Assembly (NCBI GenBank): GCA_965263355.1
Contig: CBDHHL010000022.1
Location: 1 to 60,412 of the forward strand
DNA from: Leptolyngbyaceae cyanobacterium
GTDB taxonomy: Bacteria; Cyanobacteriota; Cyanobacteriia; Phormidesmidales; Phormidesmidaceae
DNA length: 60,412 nucleotides
Direction: 5' to 3'
The notes under the pieces were generated by a model. The model saw only the letters and a program-made list of their open reading frames with translations, was not told where the DNA came from and searched no databases. Of this stretch, positions 29,584 to 40,475 are shown piece by piece. Each line of letters opens with the position of its first letter. Within the stretch, counting starts at the first letter, position 1. The translations under genes were made by a program, and so were the position numbers.

Positions 29584-29623
29584 ACTAAAAGAGTTCAGGT
29601 AGAAATGCCTGAACTCTTTTAGT
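29584..29623. terminator. Bidirectional intrinsic terminator
   Basis: Perfect 16-bp IR ACTAAAAGAGTTCAGG/CCTGAACTCTTTTAGT. Confidence 0.85.
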
Positions 29624-30085
29624 ATCAGCGATAAGACTTAAGTGTCTTTATGTGAATTAGGTTAGCTGCCCATCGCTATGCTGTGGACGGGGCGTCGCTT
29701 ATGGAGCAGGCGACCTCGTCGTCGGTCACTGTCAGCAGCCTGAGTGTCAGTATGAGTGCTGACGGTGGATGAGCAGCGTTTACTGCCGGAAGCGGCGTTT
29801 CGGTTTATTGGGTTGGGGGATGTGGTGGTGCCGTTTTAGGTGTGGGAGTTGCGATCGCATCCTGCTATTTTCTAACCGCTGACTAACGGAGGGTGCAAGC
29901 TTGGCTTGACGCGTTGCCTATTACGGGTAAACTTGAGTGCCTGTTGGTGGTGAATAATTTGTTAGTTGCGAGTGTTCTGGGGGAGATAGGAGAAAGTAAC
30001 TCCGGTGATAGGCATTCAGTGGCTAAGTTGTAATTAAAAAAGGGGTGCGATCGCAAACGCTGATTTGTCAGTTCGCAACCCAATA

Positions 30086-30938
30086 AAAAAGCCCCCACCC
30101 TATCGGCAGAGGCTTGGAGTGTGTGTTCGGAGAGTCTGAGAGGAAAAGGGTGCCCTGAAATAAGTAATGAAGCATTTCACAGATTACGGAGTCTGCACCG
30201 GGCACCCAAGCTTGGCTAACCTGAGTACCGCAACAGCTCAGCAATCTGTTAGCGGATGGACTTAGTACGAGCGTCTAGCGCTTCTAGGCGTGCTTCCTGG
30301 ATGTTATCGACTGCTTTAGTCCGGGCATCTAATGCGTCTAAACGAGCAGCTTGAATATTCTCAACGGCCTTAGTTTGGTTGTTAAGGTGCTCAAGGCGTA
30401 GCTTATGAACGCTGTTCTTAGTGCGGGCGTCTAGGGCATCTAAACGAGTAGCCTGAATATCCTCAACGGCTTTGGTCTGGTTGTTGAGGTGCTCCAGACG
30501 TAGTTTGTGAACGCTGTTCTTAGTGCGAGCGTCTAAGGCTTCTAGACGAGCTTCTTGAATATTATCGACGGCCTTAGTGCGGGCATCTAGCGCTTCTAGG
30601 CGAGTGGCTTGGATATCTTCGATGGCCTTGGTCTGGTTATTGAGGTGCTCAAGGCGTAGCTTATGGACGGAGTTCTTAGTGCGAGCGTCTAGTTCTTCGA
30701 GGCGAGTGGACTGGATGTTGAAGCTAGCGGGCTCAACGGCGGATGCAACGGGTGCGATCGCAGTGGAAGCAACGAGAACAGTTAAGGCGGAAAGAAGTGT
30801 GCGTTTCATGGTTAAAGCTCCTTGTGAATTCGTGAAGTGTGTTTACTTGCTTCATTGATTACAAGAATGCCGGGGGTAGCTGAACGCTATCTGACGGGTA
30901 ACTGAAGGTTGCTTAAGGGGTTTCTGAATTTAGCTGAG
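30086..30938 (-). repeat. ~850-bp direct repeat, copy 2
   Basis: Matches 27152-27997. Confidence 0.92.
30249..30809 (-). CDS. Secreted peptide-repeat protein, second copy
   Basis: Nearly identical to 27305-27868, with the same repeat order. Confidence 0.88.
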   Translation of the reverse strand: MKRTLLSALTVLVASTAIAPVASAVEPASFNIQSTRLEELDARTKNSVHKLRLEHLNNQTKAIEDIQATRLEALDARTKAVDNIQEARLEALDARTKNSVHKLRLEHLNNQTKAVEDIQATRLDALDARTKNSVHKLRLEHLNNQTKAVENIQAARLDALDARTKAVDNIQEARLEALDARTKSIR

Positions 30939-31148
30939 TAATATTGGTGATGGGGGTCACAGGGGTGGTTGTGGGTTGCGATCGCAATCCTGTGTGGGCT
31001 GTTGGATAGTTGCGTCGCGGTGCAGCGGGTCAGACTGAAAAGCCCTTCAGAGAATTAAGATGGCCAACCTTTTGGTAAAAAATCTAGATTTTCGGAAGAA
31101 AGGCAGCAAACCTTGTTGATATATAGATGATGTCTATCTCCGTTTCTG

Positions 31149-31526
31149 ATGTCCCAATCTGTTGGTCTCAGTGAACTCATAAGCCAGGTCAAGAAAGACT
31201 TATTGACCCCTGTATTAGATCGCAAGTCGGACCCCCCTGTGTTATTCGTCGAATCCGTTGAATTAGAGCTGCAAGTGACGGCCAGTCGAGATGGTAATGC
31301 AGGTGTGAAAATCGATGTCTTATCTGTAGGCGGCGTTGAGTTAGGGGGTGGCGGTGGTCAGGAGCGTAGCCATACGGTACGGGTGCAGCTATCACCCCTG
31401 TTTGATAAAGCTCAGATTATAGAGTGGTACAAAGATCTGTACGGCGACGAAGTATTACCTGCGGTGAAGCGTAGTATGGAATCTTTGCTCAAGGGCGATG
31501 ATAGCAATGTAGCCAATGACTTCTAA
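31149..31526 (+). CDS. Trypco2 (trypsin-co-occurring domain 2) protein
   Basis: VGLSELI.QV...L, FVESVELELQV......GVKI.V...GVELGG......HTVRVQLSP; first gene of the conflict operon. Confidence 0.8.
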   Translation: MSQSVGLSELISQVKKDLLTPVLDRKSDPPVLFVESVELELQVTASRDGNAGVKIDVLSVGGVELGGGGGQERSHTVRVQLSPLFDKAQIIEWYKDLYGDEVLPAVKRSMESLLKGDDSNVANDF

Positions 31527-33033
31527 TAGAATGCTGCTATTAGAGTGCGATCTTTCCGCCATTGATGCTCAACGATTTCGTATCATTACAACGGCTTCCC
31601 CGTCAGGAGATGGGCGAGCGGAATCGAGGCTACCCTTTTGGGATGGAGATATTGATCGGCGTACCACCATCATTAAGCTTTTAGAGGTCTCAGGGCAAAT
31701 TAAACCAGATGAGCATTTTCCAGACGATGCAGAACGTCGCTGGTTAGTGCAGCAGCAACTGTTAACAGCCGATGAGGCTAGCCTGACTCCAGATTATTTA
31801 GAGGTGATTGGTCAGGCGCTATATGCCTCATTATTTCCTGCGAACAGTGGGGTTCGTTCCACGTTTGCCTCTGCTCTGCGTATGGCGGAGCAATCGGGGG
31901 AGCTATTACACCTGCGTTTGAAGTATGGGAATGATGCCTCCAGTCGTTCTCGGTTGGCTGACTATCCATGGGAGCTATTGCACGATGGGGACCGGTTCTT
32001 GCTCCACCGTGATGTAGTGCTGTCGCGATATTTAGCCTATGAAGCACTGGCTCCGGCATTACCAGCGCAGCAGCAACTGAATGTTTTACTGCTGTCGTCG
32101 TCTGCAGCCGATGCCAGTCAACGATTAGCTCTATTACCGGATACTGAGCAGCAAGCTGTGCGCGAAGGCCTGGCAAAAGCTGTCGATGCGGGGCTGATTC
32201 AGTTGACTCAACTGAATCAGGTGACGCGTCAGGGGCTGGGTCGCTACAGTACGGACTGTGAGCCAGATGCGTTGCCCCAGGTGGTTCATTTTGATGGCCA
32301 TGGCTTCTATGGTAAACGCTGTAAAAATCCTGACTGTCAGCAAATTCATTCAGGTACTAAGGTGCAGCACTGTACCCGATGTCAGCAAGCGTTACCGGCC
32401 CCCGAAGGATTTGTTTTATTTGAGAAAGCGGGAGGAGGGGCCGATTATGTGAGTGCCCGTGAGTTTGCGTTATTACTGCCGAAGTCGGTGCTAGTTGTCG
32501 TCCTGAGTGCTTGCCGTTCCGGCATGTCAGTCGCTGGAGAATCGCTGTTTAATGGCACAGCACAGCAGCTAATCGATGCGCGTATCCCTGCAGTAGTGGC
32601 CATGCAATATTCAGTGCGTGTGGATGCGGCCAGCCAGTTTGCTGAGCAATTTTACCGGGTGCTAGGCAAGCAAGAACCTTTAATGGCGGCTCTCCAGGAA
32701 GGCCGTAAATGGATGCTTATGACCCAGGAAAATCAGTGGTATCGTCCGGTGTTGTATACCCGCTGGCAGGATAACCAAGGGGGGCAGCTTTTCCAGCCAG
32801 TTGGCGAAGCGGACAGGGTATCGGGGATGAGCCGTTTTAAGCGTTTAGAGTTAGGACGATGGCGTCAAAGCCTGGATGATTTAGAGCAAGACTATGAATC
32901 TGTCAGAATACAGCTAAGGAGTGAACAAGATGGGCCAACACGCAATAAATTAGATCGTCAGTTAGAGCAAATCGGGACGGAAATGGATCAGTGTGAGCAA
33001 AAGATTAATCGGCTAGAGCGGGGCGATGGATAA
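31516..33033 (+). CDS. CHAT (caspase-like) protease with Zn-ribbon insert and C-terminal EAD9-like domain
   Basis: LADYPWELL, VVHFDGHG (catalytic His), VVLSACRSG (catalytic Cys), IPAVVAMQYSV, WYRPVLY; CKNPDC...CTRC insert; helical C-terminus homologous to the N-terminus of the next protein. Confidence 0.9.
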   Translation: MTSNRMLLLECDLSAIDAQRFRIITTASPSGDGRAESRLPFWDGDIDRRTTIIKLLEVSGQIKPDEHFPDDAERRWLVQQQLLTADEASLTPDYLEVIGQALYASLFPANSGVRSTFASALRMAEQSGELLHLRLKYGNDASSRSRLADYPWELLHDGDRFLLHRDVVLSRYLAYEALAPALPAQQQLNVLLLSSSAADASQRLALLPDTEQQAVREGLAKAVDAGLIQLTQLNQVTRQGLGRYSTDCEPDALPQVVHFDGHGFYGKRCKNPDCQQIHSGTKVQHCTRCQQALPAPEGFVLFEKAGGGADYVSAREFALLLPKSVLVVVLSACRSGMSVAGESLFNGTAQQLIDARIPAVVAMQYSVRVDAASQFAEQFYRVLGKQEPLMAALQEGRKWMLMTQENQWYRPVLYTRWQDNQGGQLFQPVGEADRVSGMSRFKRLELGRWRQSLDDLEQDYESVRIQLRSEQDGPTRNKLDRQLEQIGTEMDQCEQKINRLERGDG

Positions 33034-34432
33034 CGATCTTGTATTGAAGTTGTTGAGAGAAAAGCTTGCAGATCTCGAAAAAGACTATGAAACTGTCCAG
33101 CAGCAGTGGCGCAATGAACAGGACGGTCCGGCTCGAAATAAGCAAGAACGCCAACTCGCAGTTATTGGCCAACAGATGGATGAGCAACAGCGCCAGATAC
33201 GCAGTCGTAAAAATGAATTAGAACTGTCAGCGGCAGTTGAATCCGTTCAGAGTTTAATTGACTTACTTAATAACCATGAAGATGATTTAAGAGTTGTATT
33301 CCAGGCATATCGACAGACTCGTAACCACTGGGGAGTTGCCATTCGAGATGATGTGACAACTGCTGAGGGGGCTGTGAAAGAGCTAGGTCGAATTCCGGCG
33401 AGGGGAAGTTATACGGCCCAAGATGAATTTGTTGCGCGCCTGATTCATGATGCCCAGATACCCGCTTTGGTGGAGGGCCTAAAAATATGGGGCGATCAAT
33501 ACCGCTCGGATGTGAACTGGTTAGAGTTGTATGGTCGGCTGGAAGTAGAAACTGAGCAGAGTCGGCAAGATATTCAGCCTGCGATTTTGATGAAAATTAC
33601 TCGTAGCGATGCAGCCTCAACCCAAGCTCAAGATGATCAGAATTATTATGAATTAACCGCCTGGTTAATCGAAGATATTGAGACCTATAAAACCCAGCAA
33701 ACGGGATACCATGCCTTGATATCAACGGGGTCACAAGAGTCAGAGCCCTGTAGGATAGAGGACTTACTGGCGAGAATCCCTCAGGTTCTAGTGCAGTTTA
33801 CAGAAGCGAGAAATGACCTGTGTGCCAATACGACTCATTATCCAGAGGTGCATGTATTTTTACCGCTGGATTTGATGCATTTAGATGTGGATCAGTGGTG
33901 TTTAGGAGCAATGCAACGTCGTGGTCGTGTAAGGTGTCTTGGTCATGATCATGTGGTGGTAGTCCGGTGTGGAGAGCGGTACGAGCGCAACTACACCCAG
34001 CGCCCTGCCTGGTTGAACTATTGGCAACGTCATCAGAGCTTACTGGATAGCGCTGCGGCTTCTGTGTTTACAACGGGTGATGATGCCGATCTAGATGAAT
34101 TGGTAGACATTCTATACGACGCAGAAGAGCCTGATAGTCTTACTGTAGGCTTACAGGTAACGCAAGTACCCAAAGAATTAATCAGTTTATGTGGCGAGTT
34201 ATTAGAGTCCGGGTTGCCGCTCATGGTGTGGCAACGTCAAGCGTTAGCTGGAACCCCACGTGGCCATGATTGGTCCGTAGCATTGCCGGAAGAAACCACA
34301 TTAAGGGCATTGCCCAATGCGGCTAAGCAAGAGCGTCGCAGTGCTAGACGGCATTCTCCAGAGTCACATTATGGTCATCATCTATCCCTTTTATGGGATG
34401 ATCCAAAGCTAATTCCGCCAAAGTCTGCCTAA
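33026..34432 (+). CDS. VMAP (vWA-MoxR-associated protein) with N-terminal EAD9-like domain and VMAP-C
   Basis: EVHVFLPLDLM..DVDQW, LG..H.VVVRC.ER, GLPLMVWQR, HLSLLWDDP; directly upstream of MoxR. Confidence 0.85.
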   Translation: MDNDLVLKLLREKLADLEKDYETVQQQWRNEQDGPARNKQERQLAVIGQQMDEQQRQIRSRKNELELSAAVESVQSLIDLLNNHEDDLRVVFQAYRQTRNHWGVAIRDDVTTAEGAVKELGRIPARGSYTAQDEFVARLIHDAQIPALVEGLKIWGDQYRSDVNWLELYGRLEVETEQSRQDIQPAILMKITRSDAASTQAQDDQNYYELTAWLIEDIETYKTQQTGYHALISTGSQESEPCRIEDLLARIPQVLVQFTEARNDLCANTTHYPEVHVFLPLDLMHLDVDQWCLGAMQRRGRVRCLGHDHVVVVRCGERYERNYTQRPAWLNYWQRHQSLLDSAAASVFTTGDDADLDELVDILYDAEEPDSLTVGLQVTQVPKELISLCGELLESGLPLMVWQRQALAGTPRGHDWSVALPEETTLRALPNAAKQERRSARRHSPESHYGHHLSLLWDDPKLIPPKSA

Positions 34433-34443
34433 ATTGAACAGTT

Positions 34444-35571
34444 ATGCCTAAGTCATCTAGTCAATCAACGTCAGATTGGAAAATATTTAAAGGGGATAGC
34501 CGTGCCCCCCACGGCGATATTGATCAGTTACCTGAAGCGCCCCCGTGGCGTCCCTTTGGTAAAGATGATAATCCGGGGGGGAGTCGTCGGAAGCGTCGGG
34601 GGCAAACTTTTCAGGCCCGTCCCGAAGAAATCGAGATGGTGAATGCGGCGCTGTACCTGCGGCGACCTTTGTTGATTACGGGTAAACCAGGGACGGGAAA
34701 ATCATCGTTGGCCTATGCTGTGGCCCATGAATTGGGCTTGGGTGAGGTGCTGTATTGGCCGATTACTACCCGTACTACATTGAAGGATGGCTTGTATAAT
34801 TACGACGCCATTGGCCGTTTACAAGAAGTTAAGCGATCTAAAGACGATCAAGACGATGACTATGTCGAAGATCCTCAAAAAATTGCAGACTATATTACGC
34901 TAGGCCCCTTAGGAACGGCTCTTTTACCCAATCAGCGACCGCGCATTTTGATCATTGATGAGATTGATAAAAGCGATATTGATCTCCCCAATGACCTATT
35001 GACTATTTTTGAGGAAGGTCGGTTTGAGATTCCAGAATTGGCGAGGCTAGAAAAGGATGACAGTGACGATCCCTCGTCAGTAACGGAGCCAATCTCTGTA
35101 CGGGTTCGGACCGCCTATGCGGATGACGAAGAGACCGTTACCTATGGTGACAAAAAGGTAACGGTAACGGGAGGTCGAATTACCTGTAAGGAATTCCCCC
35201 TGGTGATTCTAACGAGTAACGGTGAGCGGGATTTCCCACCTCCATTTTTACGCCGCTGTCTGCGTTTGAATATGCGAGATCCCAAACGAGAGGAATTAGA
35301 ACGCATTATTAAGGCTCATTTAAAGGATTGCGATTTGACTGAACAGGAGGTTGATGAGCTGATAACCTCCTTTATCAAACGGCGTGATACCGACAGGGAA
35401 CAGTTATCGACCGATCAGTTATTGAATGCCTTGTTCATGATTGTGCGGCAGCGTGGTCGTATGGGAGATAAGAAAGAGATATTGTTAGATCATCTTTTAG
35501 CCCCATTAGATAGGCCGTTAGAAGTCAAGGCTAAGGGGCGTACATCTGAGTCAAAGGGATCTGCTAAGTAA
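34444..35571 (+). CDS. moxR: MoxR-family AAA+ ATPase
   Basis: NAALYLRRPLLITGKPGTGKS (Walker A), ILIIDEIDKSDIDLPNDLL (Walker B), ILTSNGERDFPPPFLRRC. Confidence 0.95.
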   Translation: MPKSSSQSTSDWKIFKGDSRAPHGDIDQLPEAPPWRPFGKDDNPGGSRRKRRGQTFQARPEEIEMVNAALYLRRPLLITGKPGTGKSSLAYAVAHELGLGEVLYWPITTRTTLKDGLYNYDAIGRLQEVKRSKDDQDDDYVEDPQKIADYITLGPLGTALLPNQRPRILIIDEIDKSDIDLPNDLLTIFEEGRFEIPELARLEKDDSDDPSSVTEPISVRVRTAYADDEETVTYGDKKVTVTGGRITCKEFPLVILTSNGERDFPPPFLRRCLRLNMRDPKREELERIIKAHLKDCDLTEQEVDELITSFIKRRDTDREQLSTDQLLNALFMIVRQRGRMGDKKEILLDHLLAPLDRPLEVKAKGRTSESKGSAK

Positions 35572-35573
35572 AA

Positions 35574-38304
35574 ATGATCTCTCGTCTTTTAGAACAACTA
35601 CAAGCAGCTGGCTTATTACTGAGCGATCAGGAGATAGATGCGTTCAGTGAATCGCAGCCGCTTTTAGAAGACGAAGATATTGCGGATGCTCTTTGGTTAG
35701 CGCGTCAAATTGGTGGCAGCTATGAGCGGACGACCGCTGAGGAAAATAGGTCAGCTCAACCAGAGGACTCTAAGCCGATCAATCAAGGCGAGTTACCTGC
35801 ATCACCCCCCTTGCCGTCTCCTTCTGTGTCGGTGACAGTGCCTCAATCTAAGTCTAAGGCACCATCAGAGCCAGAAGAGGTCACTGAGGATGGACTGCCA
35901 GTGCAGGTACAGGCCGCTTCAGCATTGCCGGATGCACGGGGCATTAGCCGTGGTTTGCGGCCCCTCATGCGTAAATATCCATCCCGAACCCAATCGACTC
36001 TCGATGCTGTAGCTACGGTGAATCGAATTGCCGAACGTGATATTTGGCTCCCGATTCTGAAACCTTTGCCAGAGCGTTGGTTTGACTTAGAACTAGTGAT
36101 CGAGTCATCAAAGTTTAGTTTTATATGGCAAGAGACCCTCGCTGAGTTTCAGCATACGTTGGAATGTCAGGGGGCATTTCGTAATGTGCGGGCCTGGTCA
36201 ATTGAGGATGTGGATACGATGACGCCTAAATTGGTGTCCAAAAAGCAAGGGTCCAGTCAGACTCGCCCTAACCGTAGCCCCAAAGAACTGATAGATAGCT
36301 CAGGTCGGCGTTTGGTGCTGTTGGTGAGCGATTGTCGGTCTACCCTATGGCAACAGGGGGTGATCCATGATTGGCTAACTCTGTGGGGTCAGTATGGTCC
36401 CGCTGCAGTGGTTCAACTGCTACCAGAGCGTCTCTGGTCTCAGAGTGAGCTAGATGTGGGGCAAGGGATACAGGTGGGCGCTTTGGTGCCTGGTGTAGCC
36501 AATGAGAAACTTATCCATAAAGCCCAGGCAACCCGCAGCAAAATCGACCCTACCAATAGCCTAACGGTCCCTATAGTTACCTTGACGGCTACTGCCCTGA
36601 AGCAGTGGGCGCTTGTGGTGTCAGCAGCGGGTCGCCAGCGAACACCGGCCCGTTTGTTTGATATGAAGTGGGTTAAGAGTGCTGATCGAGACCGAACGCT
36701 GGACGTGATGCGGCCTGAGTCTGCTGACAGCCGGATTGAATTATTTGAAGCAACAGCGTCACCACTGGCACAGCAATTAGCCTTGCGGATGGCAGCGGTC
36801 CCTGTGGATATGTCGCTGGTCCAGATGATTCAGCAAGAAGTGCTTCCAGAGGTAAGCCCCGTTCATATTGCTGAAGTGTATGCCAGTGAGCTAATCCAGG
36901 AGGTGAATCCAGACCAGTCACCAAGCCGAGACGAGGTGCGCTATGAGTTTGCGCCAGATGTGCGTGAGCGGCTGAATCAACTCACTCCGATTGATGAGAC
37001 CCTACAAGTTTTTGAAGCGCTGTCTAAGCGCATTGCGCGCACATTAGGATTTGAGATTACTAGCTTTACAGCATTGTTATTACCAAAAAGTGATTGGAGT
37101 AAGGATGCTAAAGCCGCGATTCTACCCTTTGCCCAGGTGGCAACAGAGGTGTTGTATAACCTGGGAGGAGACTACGCTGAATTAGCGCGGCAAGTGGAGA
37201 TTGATGCCCAACGCCATGATGATTGGATTCAACCTATTGAACCCAATGACCAGGAGTCTGAGGATGAATTTGAAGGGCTGTTTCCTTCTTTGCAGGAGTT
37301 TGAGTTTATTGATGCTCGGTTTAATGATGAGATTTCTGATCGTATCTTCCCACCGGCTTTGCAATTTGAAGAATTTTTGATTCTGACGTTGGAGACTGGG
37401 GACGAAACCGATACACTCGCAGACTCCGAAGATTTAGAGTCTTTTGACGTAACGGTAGTCACCCTGACAGGCAGTGGCCAGCAGTGGCAGCGCCAGGAGC
37501 ACCAGCAGACAGCCTATCGCTATATTGAGCAGTTGCCCTCAGAGGTGCCCTTAGAGATGGTGGCAATTCCTAGTGGACGTTTTGTGATGGGCTCTCCAGA
37601 GGATGAACCGGAGCGTTATGAGGACGAATCGCCTCAACATGAGGTAACGGTGGAATCGTTCTTTATGGGACGTTACCCGGTGACCCAAGCGCAGTGGAAG
37701 GCGGTCGTTGCGCTACCCCAAGTAGAACGTAAGCTAGAGGCCGATCCGTCTGAATCCAAAGGAGATGATCGACCGGTGGAGCAAGTTTCCTGGCACGATT
37801 CGGTGGAGTTCTGTGCTCGATTGTCGGCTCATACGAGGCGTGAGTATCGCTTACCCAGCGAAGCCGAGTGGGAATATGCCTGTCGAGCAGGAACCACTAC
37901 ACCGTTTCACTTTGGGGACATGATCACTACGGTAGTGGCTAATTACGATGGTGATGAGACCTATGCAGATGGCCCTAGTGGTGAGCGCCGAGGTGAGACG
38001 ACTCCAGTGGGGTACTTTGGTATTGCCAATGGGTTTGGTCTGAGCGATATGCATGGCAATGTGTGGGAATGGTGTCAAGACCATTGGCATGACAATTATG
38101 ATGATGCGCCTACTGATGGAAGTGCTTGGGAAGATAGAGAAAATGAAGATGAGGAAGAAATTAACCGTGTAGTACGCGGGGGCTCCTGGTTCGACTTATC
38201 CGAGGTATTGCCGCTCCGCCGTCCGCAACGACGATCAACCCGACAACCGCAACTACGACTTCGGTTTTCGCGTAGTATGTTCCGCGCCCAGGATTCTCCA
38301 GTAG
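35574..38304 (+). CDS. vWA-like (SAV_2336-type) protein with C-terminal FGE-sulfatase/CLec domain; DGR target 1 (+1 frameshift in VR as assembled)
   Basis: [48 protein letters not shown] motifs [36 protein letters not shown]; corrected frame ends [13 protein letters not shown] at 38304. Confidence 0.9.
38176..38291 (+). repeat. DGR variable repeat VR1
   Basis: Identical to the TR except 10 substitutions at TR adenines plus AAT changed to TTAT (+1 nt) at 38196-38199. Confidence 0.95.
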
Positions 38305-38414
38305 CCCTTTTCTCTCTTTCTCTTCCCTCTTGCAGAATTCCTGCAGAACTCGAAATAACTCACCAAAAGCCAGCTTCTCCTTAACTGAATTTCTATCTGA
38401 ACTCCTGAGAACTC

Positions 38415-39249
38415 TTGACTCCCTTCCCTACTATGACTTTCTCCATCAAAGAACGCCGAGGCCAAAACCAGTATTACGACGAGGCCATCGCCGAAGGCGT
38501 ATGGCCTCTACGAATGATGGAGATACCGGCAGGTAGCTTTGTCATGGGCTCACCAAAGGAGGAGCTAGAGCGATTGGACAGTGAAGGCCCTCAGCACGAA
38601 GTGAGCCTTGGTCGTTTCTTTATGGCCAAGTACCCAGTCACTCAGGCCCAGTGGCGAGCGGTGGCGGCGATGGAGAAGGTGAATCAGAAGTTAAAGCCAG
38701 AGCCTTCTGACTTTAAAGGCGATCTAAACCCAGTGGAGAACGTCTCTTGGCATGATGCGGTGGAGTTCTGTGATCGCTTAACCCTCCATACCAATCGTCA
38801 ATACCGATTGCCTACAGAAGCCGAATGGGAATACGCCTGTCGAGCCGGTACAACCACCCCATTTCACTTTGGTGAAACCATTGACACTCAATTAGCCAAC
38901 TACCATGGCGACCGCACCTATGGCGAGGGCTCCAAAGGAGAATATCGGAAGAAAACGACTCCTGTGAATCAATTCAAGGGCGCAAATGCCTTTGGATTAG
39001 TGGATATGCACGGCAACGTGTGGGAATGGTGCCAGGACCATTGGCATGGCAATTATCAGGATGCACCCACTGATGGAAGCGCTTGGATAGAGGGTGGAAA
39101 TTCTGAGTATCGTGTAGTACGCGGGGGCTCCTGGGACACGATCCGAGGAATTGCCGCTCCGCCGTCCGCATCAACGATCTACCCCCGACTTCCGCAACAA
39201 CGTCAACGGTTTTCGCGTAGTATGTTCCGCGCCCAGGATTCTCCAATAG
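38415..39249 (+). CDS. Stand-alone FGE-sulfatase/CLec protein; DGR target 2 (frameshifted in VR as assembled)
   Basis: [48 protein letters not shown]; corrected frame ends [13 protein letters not shown] at 39249. Confidence 0.9.
39121..39236 (+). repeat. DGR variable repeat VR2
   Basis: About 9 substitutions at TR adenines; -1 nt at 39138 and +2 nt at 39182-39186. Confidence 0.95.
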
Positions 39250-39386
39250 CCCTTTTCTCTCTCTTTCCCTCTTGCCCTATGCAAAACAGAATTTAGAAAA
39301 CAGAAGTCAGGAGTCAGAAGAATATTCTGTAACTCGAAATAACTCACCAATAATTTTCTCAAAACATTCCTGAATCTTCTCTGCTG

Positions 39387-40475
39387 TTAACCGAATTCTC
39401 CACTCCTGACTTCTGACTCCTTTCTCATAAATGTATGCCGCTCAAATACCCGCTGTCTTAGCCGATAGGTATCGCCATGTTTCAGATGGGCTTCCCAGCT
39501 TTGCAAGCGCTGCACCAATGGCTCCAGCTCGATATCACCGGCAGCATACTGCCGCTGGAGTGCCTTGAGACGACGCCTGGCCCGACGCACATTATCATTA
39601 CGCACCCGAATCCGTTCTGGCAGAATGCGAAACCCAACGAAATTGGCCCCATAGCGGGTTTCAAATAACTGACTTTTAATCGGGTGCATCTTGAGCCGTA
39701 GGCTAGCCAGATACTCCTCCATGGCTAGCCGAGCGTCGGCCAGCTCCTGTCGATCATTTGAAAATGCCGCAAAGTCGTCTACATAACGCAGATACTGCTT
39801 GAGGTTGAGCTGACGCTTAACGAAGTGGTCAAAAGGGCTGAGGTATAGATTGGCAAAGAACTGACTGGTGAGGTTGCCAATGGGCAACCCTCGACGACGC
39901 AGTGCCGGTGTGAGCAGATCATCCCCCGGAAAGTATTCGATGACCGGCACCTGATCATTGCTGGCATCGATGATGGTGTCGATCAGCCAGAGGGTGGGTG
40001 GGCATTTAAGATGCTTTCTTAGCAAGACTTTGAGTATTTCATGATCGATGGATGGAAAGTATTTGGAAATGTCGCACTGTAAGCAATAGCGGTACTGTCG
40101 AGCCCAGTCAGTAAAGCGGTGCAGGGCTCGGTGGGTGCCATAACCCAGGCGATTGGCATAGGTATCGTGGATTAGGGTGCGGTCTAGCAGAGGCACGATC
40201 ACATTGCACAGGGCATGATGCACCACCCGGTCTCGATAAGGAGCCGCTGAAATCATGCGCGGTTTTGGATCCCGTATACGGAAGGTGCGATAGCCCCCCG
40301 GTTGATAGTTGAGGGTTTTTAGCTCAGTTTGAAGCTGTTGTAGCGATAGCTCCAGACGATGGTTAAAGTCCAGCACATTGGGCCGGAATCGCTTACCCTT
40401 TTTGGCCAGTCTAGAGGCCCGTAGCAGATTTTCAAAGGCGATCACCTGGGGCCACAGGTTCCCATGCCGTTTCAT
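39387..40475 (-). CDS. DGR reverse transcriptase
   Basis: [25 protein letters not shown]-type [22 protein letters not shown] catalytic motif, FVGFRI; 362 aa with no endonuclease or RNase H tail. Confidence 0.97.
   Translation of the reverse strand: MKRHGNLWPQVIAFENLLRASRLAKKGKRFRPNVLDFNHRLELSLQQLQTELKTLNYQPGGYRTFRIRDPKPRMISAAPYRDRVVHHALCNVIVPLLDRTLIHDTYANRLGYGTHRALHRFTDWARQYRYCLQCDISKYFPSIDHEILKVLLRKHLKCPPTLWLIDTIIDASNDQVPVIEYFPGDDLLTPALRRRGLPIGNLTSQFFANLYLSPFDHFVKRQLNLKQYLRYVDDFAAFSNDRQELADARLAMEEYLASLRLKMHPIKSQLFETRYGANFVGFRILPERIRVRNDNVRRARRRLKALQRQYAAGDIELEPLVQRLQSWEAHLKHGDTYRLRQRVFERHTFMRKESEVRSGEFG

Noticed and set aside
38305..38384. C-terminal tails PQRRSTRQ.../TATTATVFA on the FGE ORFs
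   Set aside because: Products of the VR frameshifts; the conserved GFRVVC ending and stops lie in another frame (38304, 39249, 42088)
39387..40475. RT as a group II intron, retron or CRISPR-associated RT
   Set aside because: IGNLTSQ motif, short length, adjacent Avd and TR/VR pairs with adenine-specific differences identify a DGR; no intron maturase/endonuclease tail or cas genes are seen
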